This document shows, one piece after another, positions 20,008 through 29,858 of a stretch of 64,000 nt of DNA. The notes beneath the pieces are model-generated. The model saw only the letters and a list, made by a program, of their open reading frames with translations, made no database searches and was not told the DNA's origin. This DNA is from Ancylobacter novellus (lineage in GTDB: Bacteria > Pseudomonadota > Alphaproteobacteria > Rhizobiales > Xanthobacteraceae): NCBI GenBank assembly GCA_003241485.1, contig QFQD01000003.1, positions 47,720-111,719 of the forward strand. Reading direction: 5' to 3'. A program made the translations under genes and the position numbers. Within the stretch, counting starts at the first letter, position 1, and each line of letters starts with the position of its first letter.

Positions 20008-20021
20008 TTGATATTGATTAA
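20008..20021. promoter_or_regulatory. Fnr/FixK-like dyad variant TTGAT-ATTG-ATTAA
   Basis: Lies in the divergent intergenic region between the P1B-5-like ATPase (start 19768) and the DASS transporter (ORF start 20046). It is only about 31 nt from the 20046 ATG, so the true DASS start may be further downstream. Confidence 0.45.
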
Positions 20022-20045
20022 GGTCTCCGGTGTTCCCCGCTGCCA

Positions 20046-21623
20046 GTGTCTGGGCAGGCAACGCAAGGGGATGTCGACATCGTGTCCGGAACGATAGATC
20101 GCAATATCAAAGCGCCTTCCGAGTCACGTTCGACGAGCGGGCCTGGCGTTACGGCGCAGGACCCGTCCTGGCTTCGCTCACACTGGGGCCTGCTTATGGC
20201 CCTTGCGGCGCTTGTCCTCGTGATCGTGCTTCCGACCCCGGAGGGGCTGCCCGTCGCGGGTCAGCGTATGCTGGCGGTGCTGGCCTTCGCCGTGATCGTC
20301 TGGATGACGGAAGCGGTCGATTACGCCGTCTCGGCCCTGATCATCGCTGCCCTCATGGCGTTCCTGCTGGGCTTGTCGCCGTCGCTGAAGAATCCCGACG
20401 TGCTAATGGGCTCCAGCGCTGGGCTCGGCCTGGCCTTTGGCGGGTTCGCCAACACCGCGCTGGTTCTGGTCGCGGCGGCGCTGTTCCTCGCCGCCGCGAT
20501 GACGATCACGGGGCTCGACAAGCGCATTGCCCTCGTCATCCTCTCGCGCACCGGCACCCGGAGCCGCGACGTCGTCATCGGCGCCATCGTCGTGGGCATC
20601 GTGATGGCGTTTCTCGTGCCCTCCACCACGGCCCGCGTGGCCAGCATCGTTCCCATCATGCTCGGCATCATCGCAGCGTTCGGCGTGAACAAGAACGGCG
20701 CCTTCGCCGGCATGCTGATGATCACCACGGTGAACACCGCCAGCATCTGGAATATCGGCATCAAGACGGCAGCCGCCCAGAACATGGTGGCCGTCGGCTT
20801 CATCGAGCGGACGCTGAACTATACCGTTACCTGGCTGGAATGGTTCATCGCCGCCGCGCCCTTCGCCATCATCATGACGGTGGTGCTCTATTTCGTCATG
20901 ACAAGGATGATGAAGCCGGAGGTCGACGAAGTGCCGGGCGGGCGGGCGGCGATCCGCAAATCGCTCGCCGAACTCGGCTCTATGAAAACGGCTGAAAAGA
21001 AGCTGCTCACCTTGTCGCTCACCCTGCTCGCCTTCTGGGCGACGGAAGGGGTGCTGCATCCGTTCGACACCTCGTCGACGACGGTCGCCGCGGTGGCGCT
21101 GATGTTCGTGCCCGGCATCGGCATCATGACGTGGAAAGAGGCGCAGCCGAGGATCCCGTGGGGCACGGTCATCCTGTTCGGCGTCGGCATCAGCCTCGGC
21201 ACCGCGCTTCTCCAGACGGGCGGTGCGGTATGGCTCGCCGGCATCGTGGTGGAGCGGTTCGGGCTCGCCGGCGGAACCTCGCTCTTCATCCTCGCCGTGC
21301 TCAGCCTGTTCCTCATCGTGATCCATCTCGGCTTCGCCAGCGCAACGGCACTCGCCTCGGCGATGATCCCCATCGTCATCGCCGTGCTGCAGAGCGTATC
21401 GACCCCCGGCATCAACATCATCGGCATGACCATATTGCTGCAGTTCGTCGTCAGCTTCGGGTTCATCCTCGTGGTAAACGCGCCGCAGAACATGGTGGCA
21501 TACGGAACCGAGACCTTCGAGGCGAAAGACTTCGTGCGCACCGGCCTCGTGCTCACCGTGATTGCCTTCGCGCTCGTCATGCTGCTCGGCGCAACTTACT
21601 GGAAATGGATCGGATATGTCTGA
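20046..21623 (+). CDS. DASS/SLC13-family anion (di/tricarboxylate-type) transporter
   Basis: 525 aa, polytopic, with the typical SLC13 repeat architecture. The start is uncertain (alternatives include GTG 20082 or ATG 20196). Confidence 0.85.
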   Translation: MSGQATQGDVDIVSGTIDRNIKAPSESRSTSGPGVTAQDPSWLRSHWGLLMALAALVLVIVLPTPEGLPVAGQRMLAVLAFAVIVWMTEAVDYAVSALIIAALMAFLLGLSPSLKNPDVLMGSSAGLGLAFGGFANTALVLVAAALFLAAAMTITGLDKRIALVILSRTGTRSRDVVIGAIVVGIVMAFLVPSTTARVASIVPIMLGIIAAFGVNKNGAFAGMLMITTVNTASIWNIGIKTAAAQNMVAVGFIERTLNYTVTWLEWFIAAAPFAIIMTVVLYFVMTRMMKPEVDEVPGGRAAIRKSLAELGSMKTAEKKLLTLSLTLLAFWATEGVLHPFDTSSTTVAAVALMFVPGIGIMTWKEAQPRIPWGTVILFGVGISLGTALLQTGGAVWLAGIVVERFGLAGGTSLFILAVLSLFLIVIHLGFASATALASAMIPIVIAVLQSVSTPGINIIGMTILLQFVVSFGFILVVNAPQNMVAYGTETFEAKDFVRTGLVLTVIAFALVMLLGATYWKWIGYV

Positions 21624-21707
21624 GATCCGGCAGCACTCTGCCTCCAGTCTCTGCGGCGGACCTATGACGTCACGCGTGAAGGCACCTCGGATGCAGGAGA
21701 TGAAGGG

Positions 21708-23498
21708 ATGAAACTGACGGACATTTCCGCACCCGACTATTTTCACAAAGTCGTGGACTGCCAGTGGGCCTGCCCGGCGCATACGCCGGTTCCCGAATAC
21801 ATCCGTCTGATCGCGCAGGGCCGCTATGCCGACGCCTACATGATCAATTGGAGATCCAACGTCTTCCCGGGAATCCTCGGGCGCACCTGCGACCGGCCCT
21901 GCGAGCCGGCCTGCCGGCGCGGCCGGGTCGAAGAGGCGCCGGTGGCGATCTGCCGGCTCAAGCGGGTTGCGGCCGATTTCAAGGACGACATCCGCGACCG
22001 CCTTCCCAGGCCGGCTGCCCGCACGAACGGCAAGCGCGTCGCGCTGGTGGGCGCAGGCCCCGCCTCATTGACGGTCGCGCGCGATCTTGCGCCGCTCGGC
22101 TACGACTGCACCCTCTTCGACGGCAACCCCCAGGCCGGCGGCATGATACGCAGCCAGATCCCGAAATTCCGGCTGCCCGATTCCGTGATCGACGAGGAGT
22201 GCGGCTATATCCTCGATCTCGGCGTCACCTTTCATTCCGACAAGCGCATCGACAGCCTCAAGGCGCTGCTTTCGGAGGGTTATGATGCCATATTCATCGG
22301 CTCGGGCGCCCCGCGCGGCAGGGACCTCGATATCCCTGGCCGGAAAGAGGCTGCCACCGCAATTCACATCGGGCTCGATTGGCTGGCTTCGGTGTCGTTC
22401 GGGCACGTAACGAAGACGGAGCGGCGCGTCGTCGTCATCGGCGGCGGCAACACCGCCATGGATTGCGGCCGCTCTGCCCGGCGCCTTGGCGGTGAGGACG
22501 TCATCGTCGTCGTCCGCGAGGGCTTCGACGACATGCCGGCGGCAAGTTGGGAGAAGGAAGCGCTCCTCTATGAGGGAATCATCATCTCGGCCGGTCTCGC
22601 GCCCAAAGCATTCATCAACGAAGGTGGTCGCCTAACGGGCCTGCTGGTCGAACCGGTCACGACCGTCACCGAAAACGGCCGCTCCACGATCGTACCGACG
22701 GGCGAGCCGCCGTGGCAGATCGACTGCGACGAGGTCGTGATCGCAATCGGTCAGCAGAACGCCTTTCCATGGATCGAACGCGATATCGGAATCGACTTCG
22801 ACAAATGGGACATGCCGGTAGTAGCGGAAAAGACGTTCGCCTCGACCCATCCCAAGGTGTTCTTCGGGGGCGACGCGGCGCGGGGGCCGAAAAACATTAT
22901 CAGCGCCGTCGCCCACGGCCACGACGCGGCGCTATCAATCCACCGCCTGCTGTCCGGCGAGGACATCGGCGAACGCCTGTTACCCCATGTGCAGATCGAG
23001 AGCGAAAAGCTGGGCATCCACGAGTGGGCCTATGACAGCGAGGTCACGCTCGACCGCCGCTTCCCGGTGCCCTCGCGCGACAACAAGACCGCGCTGAAGG
23101 ACATCCGCACGGAGGTGGAACTCGGCTATGACCCGGCCCTGGCGCTCGCCGAGGCGGATCGCTGCCTCAACTGCGATGTCGAAACAGTGTTCAGCGGGCC
23201 GTCCTGCATCGAATGCGATTCCTGCGTCGACATCTGCCCGATGGACTGCATCACCTTCACCGAGAACGGCGAGGAGGAGGAACTGCGCCGGCGGCTACGG
23301 GTGCCCGCGCTGAACCCGCTCCAGGAGCTCTATGTCGCGGACGGGTTGAAGACCGGACGCGTCATGGTGAAGGACGAGGACCTTTGCCTGCATTGCGGCA
23401 TGTGCGCCGAGCGCTGCCCGACTGGCGCCTGGAGCATGCAGAAATACTTCATCGACATGACCCATGCAGGTGATACATGCCCGACACGCTCCCGATAA
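21708..23498 (+). CDS. GltD-like NAD(P)H/FAD oxidoreductase fused to a C-terminal 2x[4Fe-4S] ferredoxin domain
   Basis: N-terminal Cys cluster (CQWACPAHTPVPEY, CDRPCEPAC) and two Rossmann GxGxxG motifs (VGAGPASL, VIGGGNTAMDC). C-terminal CLNCD..CIECDSCVDICP and CLHCGMCAERCP. AGGAG RBS. Confidence 0.85.
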   Translation: MKLTDISAPDYFHKVVDCQWACPAHTPVPEYIRLIAQGRYADAYMINWRSNVFPGILGRTCDRPCEPACRRGRVEEAPVAICRLKRVAADFKDDIRDRLPRPAARTNGKRVALVGAGPASLTVARDLAPLGYDCTLFDGNPQAGGMIRSQIPKFRLPDSVIDEECGYILDLGVTFHSDKRIDSLKALLSEGYDAIFIGSGAPRGRDLDIPGRKEAATAIHIGLDWLASVSFGHVTKTERRVVVIGGGNTAMDCGRSARRLGGEDVIVVVREGFDDMPAASWEKEALLYEGIIISAGLAPKAFINEGGRLTGLLVEPVTTVTENGRSTIVPTGEPPWQIDCDEVVIAIGQQNAFPWIERDIGIDFDKWDMPVVAEKTFASTHPKVFFGGDAARGPKNIISAVAHGHDAALSIHRLLSGEDIGERLLPHVQIESEKLGIHEWAYDSEVTLDRRFPVPSRDNKTALKDIRTEVELGYDPALALAEADRCLNCDVETVFSGPSCIECDSCVDICPMDCITFTENGEEEELRRRLRVPALNPLQELYVADGLKTGRVMVKDEDLCLHCGMCAERCPTGAWSMQKYFIDMTHAGDTCPTRSR

Positions 23499-25321
23499 GT
23501 CGCGTCAACGACTTCGTCGTCCGCTTCGCCAACACCAATGGATCGGGGTCCGCAAGCGCCAACGAGTTGTTCGCGCGGGCGGTGCTGCGAATGGGCGTGC
23601 CTGTCGCGGCGCGCAACATATTCCCATCGAACATCCAGGGCCTTCCGACCTGGTACGAGGTCCGCGTCTGCGAGGCCGGCTATCTCGGCGCACGCGGCGG
23701 AACCGATCTCGTGGTGGCGATGAACCCCCAGACCTTCGCCAAGGACCAGGCCGGGCTCGAACCGGGCGGATACCTGATCTACGATTCGACGCGGCCCATT
23801 CAGAAATCCCAGTTCCGCGAGGATATAACCGTCCTCGGCGCTCCGCTGGGCGCGATCTGCAACAGGGAATACAGCGACCCGCGGGAGCGGCAGCTTTTCA
23901 AGAACGTCATGTATATCGGTGTTCTCGCCGCGGTGCTCGAGATGGATACCGACGAGATCGATACGCTCATCGGCCGGCAATTCGCGGGCAAGGAGCGCCT
24001 CATAGAGGCCAATGTCCGGGCTTTTCATATCGGCCGTGACTGGGCGGTCGACAATCTCCCCTGCCCCATTGGCCTGCGCGTCCGGCGCGCGGACGCCGTC
24101 GGCGGGCGCATCTTCATCGACGGCAATTCCGCGACGGCGCTCGGCGCGGTGTTCGGCGGCGCCACGGTCTGCGCGTGGTATCCGATCACGCCCTCGACCG
24201 GGATCGCCGACGCCTTCTCCGCCTATTGCGCGCGGTTCCGGATCGATCCCGAGACCGGGAGGAAGCGCTACGCCATCATCCAGACCGAGGACGAGCTCGC
24301 CTCCAGCGGCATGGTGATCGGCGCCGCCTGGAACGGCGCGCGGGCTTTTGCACCGACCTCCGGGCCCGGCATCTCGCTGATGCAGGAGTTTCTCGGGCTA
24401 GCCTATTTCGCCGAAATCCCAGCCGTGATCATGGATGTGCAGCGCGGCGGCCCCTCGACGGGCATGCCGACACGTACGCAGCAGTCCGACATCTTGCTCG
24501 CGGCTTATGCCTCGCACGGCGACACCAAACATGTCCTGCTCTTCCCGGAGGGTCCGGCGGAGGCCTTCGAATTCAGCGCCCTCTCCTTCGATCTCGCCGA
24601 CCGGCTGCAGACGCCGGTCCTGCTCATGCTCGATCTCGACATCGGCATGAACCATCGGCTCTGCCCGCCGCTGCGCTGGGATGACGACCGGGTCTACGAC
24701 CGCGGCAAGGTGATGACCGCGGCCGATCTCGACGCCGGCAAGGACTTCGGCCGCTATCTCGACGTCGACGGCGACGGCATTCCCTACCGCACCTACCCTG
24801 GCACTCATCCGCGCAAGGGCTCCTTCTTCACCCGCGGCACGACCCGGGACCGCTATGCACGCTATACCGAGGAGGGCGGTCCTTATGTCGACAACATGGA
24901 ACGGTTGCTGAAGAAGTTCGAGACCGCAAAGGCTCTCGTTCCCGGGCCCGTGGTCACCCTGGCCAGCACCCCCTCGCGCTACGGGGTGATCTATTTCGGC
25001 TCGACGTCGCCCGCCATGGAGGAGGCGGCCGATCTGCTGGAGGCCGAGGGCCATGCCCTCGACCGGATGCGGGTCAGGGCGTTTCCCTTCAACCGTGACG
25101 TCGACGCTTTCCTGCGCTCACACGAGGCGGTGTTCGTGGTCGAGCAGAACCGCGATGCCCAGCTTCGCACGCTGATCATCACCGAATGCGGTGTCGATCC
25201 CGCCAAGGTGACGCCAATTCTGCACTATGACGGAACGCCGATCACCGCCCGATTCATCGCCGCCGCCATCGCCGCCCGTCTCGGCGAAGCCGCGAAACAG
25301 AGTGAGAGGGCGATCGCATGA
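23477..25321 (+). CDS. korA: 2-oxoacid:ferredoxin (acceptor) oxidoreductase, alpha subunit
   Basis: 614 aa with a KorA-like N-terminal gamma-type domain and alpha domain (GNSATALGAVFGGATVCAWYPITPST). It overlaps the upstream gene by 22 nt. Confidence 0.85.
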   Translation: MPDTLPISRVNDFVVRFANTNGSGSASANELFARAVLRMGVPVAARNIFPSNIQGLPTWYEVRVCEAGYLGARGGTDLVVAMNPQTFAKDQAGLEPGGYLIYDSTRPIQKSQFREDITVLGAPLGAICNREYSDPRERQLFKNVMYIGVLAAVLEMDTDEIDTLIGRQFAGKERLIEANVRAFHIGRDWAVDNLPCPIGLRVRRADAVGGRIFIDGNSATALGAVFGGATVCAWYPITPSTGIADAFSAYCARFRIDPETGRKRYAIIQTEDELASSGMVIGAAWNGARAFAPTSGPGISLMQEFLGLAYFAEIPAVIMDVQRGGPSTGMPTRTQQSDILLAAYASHGDTKHVLLFPEGPAEAFEFSALSFDLADRLQTPVLLMLDLDIGMNHRLCPPLRWDDDRVYDRGKVMTAADLDAGKDFGRYLDVDGDGIPYRTYPGTHPRKGSFFTRGTTRDRYARYTEEGGPYVDNMERLLKKFETAKALVPGPVVTLASTPSRYGVIYFGSTSPAMEEAADLLEAEGHALDRMRVRAFPFNRDVDAFLRSHEAVFVVEQNRDAQLRTLIITECGVDPAKVTPILHYDGTPITARFIAAAIAARLGEAAKQSERAIA

Positions 25322-26373
25322 GCTATCTCGCCAAGCCGAAGTTCCATCACCCCGCACTGCCGGAAAACACGCTCGGCTATACGCGGCGCGACTACGAGGG
25401 CGCGATTTCCACGCTCTGCGCCGGCTGCGGCCACGATTCCATCACCGCGACGATCGTCGAGGCATGCTTCGAGCTGTCGATCGCACCGCACCGGGTGGCC
25501 AAGATCTCCGGCATCGGCTGCTCCTCGAAGACGCCGACCTATTTCCTGGGGAATTCCCACGGTTTCAATTCAGTGCACGGGCGCATGCCGTCGGTCCTGA
25601 CTGGAGCCAGCCTCGCTAATCGCGACCTCATCTATCTCGGCGTGTCGGGTGATGGTGATAGCGCCTCGATCGGGCTTGGTCAGTTCGCCCACGCGCTGCG
25701 CCGCGGCGTCAACATGGTCTATATCGTTGAGAACAACGGCGTCTATGGCCTCACCAAGGGCCAGTTCTCCGCAACCGCCGACGACGGATCGAAATCAAAG
25801 CAGGGTGTCGTCAACATCGACAAGCCCATCGAACTCACCGCCCTGGCGCTCCAGCTCGGCGCAAGCTACGTCGCCCGTTCGTTCTCCGGCGACAGGGCAC
25901 AGCTCGTCTCGCTCATCAAGGGTGCGATCGAGCACGAGGGCGCGGCCTTCATCGACGTCATCTCGCCATGTGTCGCCTTCAACAACCATGAGGGCTCCAC
26001 CAAGAGCTATGATTATGTCCGCGAGCACAACATCGCGGTCAATCGGCTGGACGTGATCGTCGGACGCGCACCGATCACGGTCGACTACGAGCCCGGCAAG
26101 CTCGAATTGGTTCAGCAGCACGACGGGTCCTGGCTCCGGCTGAGAAAGCTGAAGGCCGAATACGCCGTGCATGATCGCCGGGCCGCCATAGATTTTCTGC
26201 TCGAGCACGAGGCCAAGTCCGAGATCGTGACGGGCCTGCTCTATGTTGCAAGCGAGAAGGACGAACTGCACGCCGATCTCAACACGACGGATACGGCTCT
26301 CAACGCGCTTTCGGAAAAGGAACTGTGCCCTCGCATGGCACGATTGGAGGAGATCAATGCAAGCCTCGGCTGA
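25318..26373 (+). CDS. korB: 2-oxoacid:ferredoxin oxidoreductase, beta (TPP-binding) subunit
   Basis: CAGCGHDSI, GIGCSS, GDGDSASIG (TPP motif). ATGA overlap with korA at 25318-25321. Confidence 0.88.
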   Translation: MSYLAKPKFHHPALPENTLGYTRRDYEGAISTLCAGCGHDSITATIVEACFELSIAPHRVAKISGIGCSSKTPTYFLGNSHGFNSVHGRMPSVLTGASLANRDLIYLGVSGDGDSASIGLGQFAHALRRGVNMVYIVENNGVYGLTKGQFSATADDGSKSKQGVVNIDKPIELTALALQLGASYVARSFSGDRAQLVSLIKGAIEHEGAAFIDVISPCVAFNNHEGSTKSYDYVREHNIAVNRLDVIVGRAPITVDYEPGKLELVQQHDGSWLRLRKLKAEYAVHDRRAAIDFLLEHEAKSEIVTGLLYVASEKDELHADLNTTDTALNALSEKELCPRMARLEEINASLG

Positions 26374-26419
26374 ATGTCGCCCATCGATGCCGCTGGCGAA
26401 GGCTTGGCGACTGAGCTTC

Positions 26420-26617
26420 GTGTAGCTGGAACAGGTCGGGCCCCATCCTGAGGGCCTGCCCGATCTTGATGAAGGTCACGTCGAGATCATCGAGCGTGTG
26501 GCGCAGGCGCGCCGGCAGGGTCGAGGAGCCAGCGGGGACACCGCGCCGCCGCTCGGCGAGATAGAGCAGGGTCAGCGAGGATGCGGCAGCGACGATCTTG
26601 AAGAACCGGGAGATCAC
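26420..26617 (-). pseudogene. N-terminal remnant of an ABC1/UbiB-family kinase gene
   Basis: LRHTLDDLDVTFIKIGQALRMGPDLF resembles the conserved UbiB LGPTFIKxGQxLSTRPDL segment. The similarity stops about 45 nt before the korB end, so only about 60 codons remain. Confidence 0.4.
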
Positions 26618-26741
26618 CTGGCCGGCCCCGATTTATGACCGACGCGGCCCATCCCCGTCAGAAGAACCGCTGCCGGATGCCGAGGGACGCATTCGTCCGC
26701 GCGATCGAGCCGTCACGGCGAGGGACTTTCCGTACGCAACC

Positions 26742-26755
26742 TTGATTTGAGTTAA
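26742..26755. promoter_or_regulatory. Fnr/FixK-like dyad variant TTGAT-TTGA-GTTAA (followed by AG)
   Basis: Intergenic, centre about 176 nt upstream of the ftsH ATG. Confidence 0.45.
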
Positions 26756-26924
26756 AGTTTGCGCCTTTCCGGACGCGCATCGTCGTCGCCGAGTTAGGCT
26801 CGGACCGCACCATCGTCGGCGAGAGCTGTGTCCGCCCTGACGCTCAAAGAAGCGTCAATCGGTTATATGCCTTGGCTGATGATTTCAACCCGATTGGCCC
26901 GTTACCGACGAGAGAAGTACGGGA

Positions 26925-28808
26925 ATGCGACTGATGGAGAATGAAAACAAGACTCCCGCCAAACGGGTGTTCAAATTCGATATCCTGTACTTCATCGCGG
27001 TTTTCTTCGCCGTTCTGCTTATCCGGGATTTTCTGGTTGGCCAGAACCACGTGAAGGTCATTCCTTACAGCGAGTTTCAGAGCCTGGTTGAAAAAGACGG
27101 CGTCACCGACCTGGTGGTCGGGCCGAACCAGATCACCGGTGCCTTTAAGCAGCCCGTCGACAAAGACGCGCCTCAGCATTTCTCGACGGTTCGCGTCGAT
27201 CCTCAGATCGCCGATGTCCTGATGCGCCGGAGTATTTCCTTCTCCGGGCAACCGGCGCCCGGCCTCTTCGAAAACCTGCTGTCGTGGCTCATGCCGGCGG
27301 CGATGTTCGTGTTGATCTGGATGTTTTTGTTGCGCCCGATGATGGCGGGGCAGCACGGCGGTCTGATGAGCATCGGTCGCAGTCGCGCCAAGGTCTATGC
27401 CGAGAAGGGTGTGAAGGTGACATTTGCGGATGTCGCGGGCGTCGATGAAGCCAAGCAAGAGCTCGCCGAAGTCGTCGGATTTTTGAAAGACCCAGCGACC
27501 TATGGTCGGCTTGGCGCGCGGATCCCCAAGGGTCTGCTCCTCGTCGGACCGCCCGGAACGGGTAAGACGCTTCTGGCGCGTGCCGTCGCCGGGGAATCGG
27601 GTGTTCGCTTCTTCTCGATCACCGGCTCCGAATTCGTCGAGATGTTTGTTGGCGTCGGAGCCTCGCGCGTGCGCGACCTGTTCCAGCAGGCGCGCGAGCA
27701 GGCTCCGGCCATCGTCTTTATCGATGAGCTCGACGCGCTCGGCCGCGCGCGCGGCATCGATGTGCCGGGAGGCGGACACGACGAGAAGGAGCAGACGCTC
27801 AATCAGCTGCTCGCCGAGATGGACGGTTTCGATCCGAGCGTTGGGATCGTCGTCCTGGCGGCGACGAACCGGCCGGAGATCCTCGATCCGGCGCTGCTGC
27901 GGGCCGGCCGCTTTGATCGCCAGGTTCTGGTCGATCGTCCTGATCGTCAGGGCAGAATCGACATTCTGAACGTGCATCTGAAGAAGATCAGCGTGGCACC
28001 CGAGCTCGACGTCGCGGCGATCGCGGCGCTCACACCGGGCTTTACCGGCGCCGATCTGGCCAATCTCGTCAATGAGGCCGCGCTTGTCGCCACGCGCCGC
28101 GGCGCGAGCGCCACCGTCCTCGACGATTTCACACAAGCCGTCGAGCGCATCGTCGCCGGACTTGAGAAGAAAAGCCGGATCCTTATTCCGCGTGAGCGCG
28201 AGATCGTCGCTCATCACGAGATGGGACATGCGCTTGTTGCCATGGCGCTGCCACAGACCGACGTGGTCCAGAAGGTCTCGATCATCCCGCGTGGTATCGC
28301 GGCCCTAGGCTACACATTGCAGCGGCCGACCGAGGATAGGTTCCTCATGAGCCAGTCCGAGCTGCAGGATCGCATGGCGGTTCTGCTGGGCGGTCGGGCT
28401 GCAGAAAGCCTGGTGTTCGACGAGATTTCGACGGGCGCAGCGGATGATCTCGTCAAGGCGACGGACATCGCGCGCAACATGGTGGTTCGGTTCGGCATGT
28501 CGAAGGAGCTTGGGCAGGTCGCCTACGAGCCGGAGACGGGCAGTTTTCTGGTCGGCCAGACCCCGGTTTGGCACCCGCGCACCTACAGCGACGAGACAGC
28601 CGAAGCAATCGATCACATGGTGAAGGACCTGATCGAACGCGCCTTCCAAAAGGCCCACTCGATTCTTGAGCGCAACCGGTCGGTGCTCGACACCAGCGCG
28701 CGCGCGCTTCTTGTCCGCGAGACGCTCGGCCCCGACGATCTCGCCAAGCTGACCGTGGGTCTTGAGCGCGAGGCGCCGCCAAAGCCCGGCCTCGCTCTGG
28801 TCGAGTGA
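26925..28808 (+). CDS. ftsH: ATP-dependent zinc metalloprotease FtsH (island copy)
   Basis: Walker [12 protein letters not shown], second region of homology, and the HEMGH zinc site. 627 aa. Confidence 0.93.
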   Translation: MRLMENENKTPAKRVFKFDILYFIAVFFAVLLIRDFLVGQNHVKVIPYSEFQSLVEKDGVTDLVVGPNQITGAFKQPVDKDAPQHFSTVRVDPQIADVLMRRSISFSGQPAPGLFENLLSWLMPAAMFVLIWMFLLRPMMAGQHGGLMSIGRSRAKVYAEKGVKVTFADVAGVDEAKQELAEVVGFLKDPATYGRLGARIPKGLLLVGPPGTGKTLLARAVAGESGVRFFSITGSEFVEMFVGVGASRVRDLFQQAREQAPAIVFIDELDALGRARGIDVPGGGHDEKEQTLNQLLAEMDGFDPSVGIVVLAATNRPEILDPALLRAGRFDRQVLVDRPDRQGRIDILNVHLKKISVAPELDVAAIAALTPGFTGADLANLVNEAALVATRRGASATVLDDFTQAVERIVAGLEKKSRILIPREREIVAHHEMGHALVAMALPQTDVVQKVSIIPRGIAALGYTLQRPTEDRFLMSQSELQDRMAVLLGGRAAESLVFDEISTGAADDLVKATDIARNMVVRFGMSKELGQVAYEPETGSFLVGQTPVWHPRTYSDETAEAIDHMVKDLIERAFQKAHSILERNRSVLDTSARALLVRETLGPDDLAKLTVGLEREAPPKPGLALVE

Positions 28809-28871
28809 TGCGGATCGGAAATTGCCGGATTGGCCTGCTCGACGGGCGCTCGCTGTTTATGGGAATCTAAG

Positions 28872-29858
28872 GTGCGCAGATCGTCCGTTGTCGTCGTTGC
28901 CGTATTGGTCGCCACCGCTGCGGCAGGCGCCTATGTCTATTGGCTCGGGACGCAAAACCGCGTGCCTGCGGGGTTGGCGCGGGTGAATGGAAGGATCGAG
29001 GTTGAGCGGGTCGACATCACCAGCAAATACGCCGGCCGTCTGGCTGAGGTGATGGTGGACGAGGGGGTCAACGTCAGCAAGGGCGATGTGCTCGCCCGGC
29101 TCGATACGAGCGAGATCCAGGCGCAGTTGACGGCGGCGAGAGCCGCCGTGCACCGCAGCCACCAGAACGTGGCCAGTGCTGAGGCGAGCGTTGCGTTGCG
29201 CGAGGCTGAGCTGAATCTCGCGCAGATTGAGCTCCAGCGTGTCGTCGATCTCATGCGGACGAATACCTCGACGCAGGCCGAGCTCGATCGGCGAACAGCA
29301 CAGCGGGACATCTCAAAAGCCTCGCTGCAGACCGCGAAAACCGCCGTCGAGGATGCCAAAGCCTCGGTTCAGGTCGCCGAGGCGCAGGTTAGCCAAATCG
29401 AAGCCGCCATCGCCGACATGACCTTGAGGGCCCCGGTATCCGGTCGGGTCGAGTACCGTCTGGCACGAGCCGGAGAGGTTGTCGGCGCCGGAGGGCGCGT
29501 CTTGACCGTGTTCGACCTCTCGGATGCGCACATGACGATCTATTTGCCGACGGCATCGGCTGGTCGTGTGGCTGTCGGTTCGCAAGCGCGGCTCGTGCTG
29601 GATGGTCCAGGCGACTATGTCCTGCCGGCGATCGTGTCGTTCGTCTCCGCCGACGCGCAGTTCACGCCGAAATTCGTCGAGACGGCGAACGAACGCGAAA
29701 AGTTGATGTATCGCGTCAAGCTGCATCTCGATCCGGCCCTGGTCGCCTCCGAGCGGGGATATGTGAAGGCAGGCATGACCGGCGACGCCTATGTCCAGGT
29801 CACGGGCGATGCGCGTTGGCCGGACGAGCTTGCGCCGAGGCTGCCCAATGGAGGTTGA
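28872..29858 (+). CDS. HlyD-family membrane fusion protein
   Basis: N-terminal TM helix, coiled-coil region and a beta-barrel C-terminus typical of HlyD/EmrA adaptors. The start is ambiguous (GTG 28872 or TTG 28830). Confidence 0.8.
   Translation: MRRSSVVVVAVLVATAAAGAYVYWLGTQNRVPAGLARVNGRIEVERVDITSKYAGRLAEVMVDEGVNVSKGDVLARLDTSEIQAQLTAARAAVHRSHQNVASAEASVALREAELNLAQIELQRVVDLMRTNTSTQAELDRRTAQRDISKASLQTAKTAVEDAKASVQVAEAQVSQIEAAIADMTLRAPVSGRVEYRLARAGEVVGAGGRVLTVFDLSDAHMTIYLPTASAGRVAVGSQARLVLDGPGDYVLPAIVSFVSADAQFTPKFVETANEREKLMYRVKLHLDPALVASERGYVKAGMTGDAYVQVTGDARWPDELAPRLPNGG

Noticed and set aside
21665-21672. TGACGTCA palindrome 36 nt upstream of the FeS-flavoprotein gene
   Set aside because: An 8-bp palindrome without a spacer does not fit Crp/Fnr-type sites, and it occurs only once. 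It may be chance in this context.
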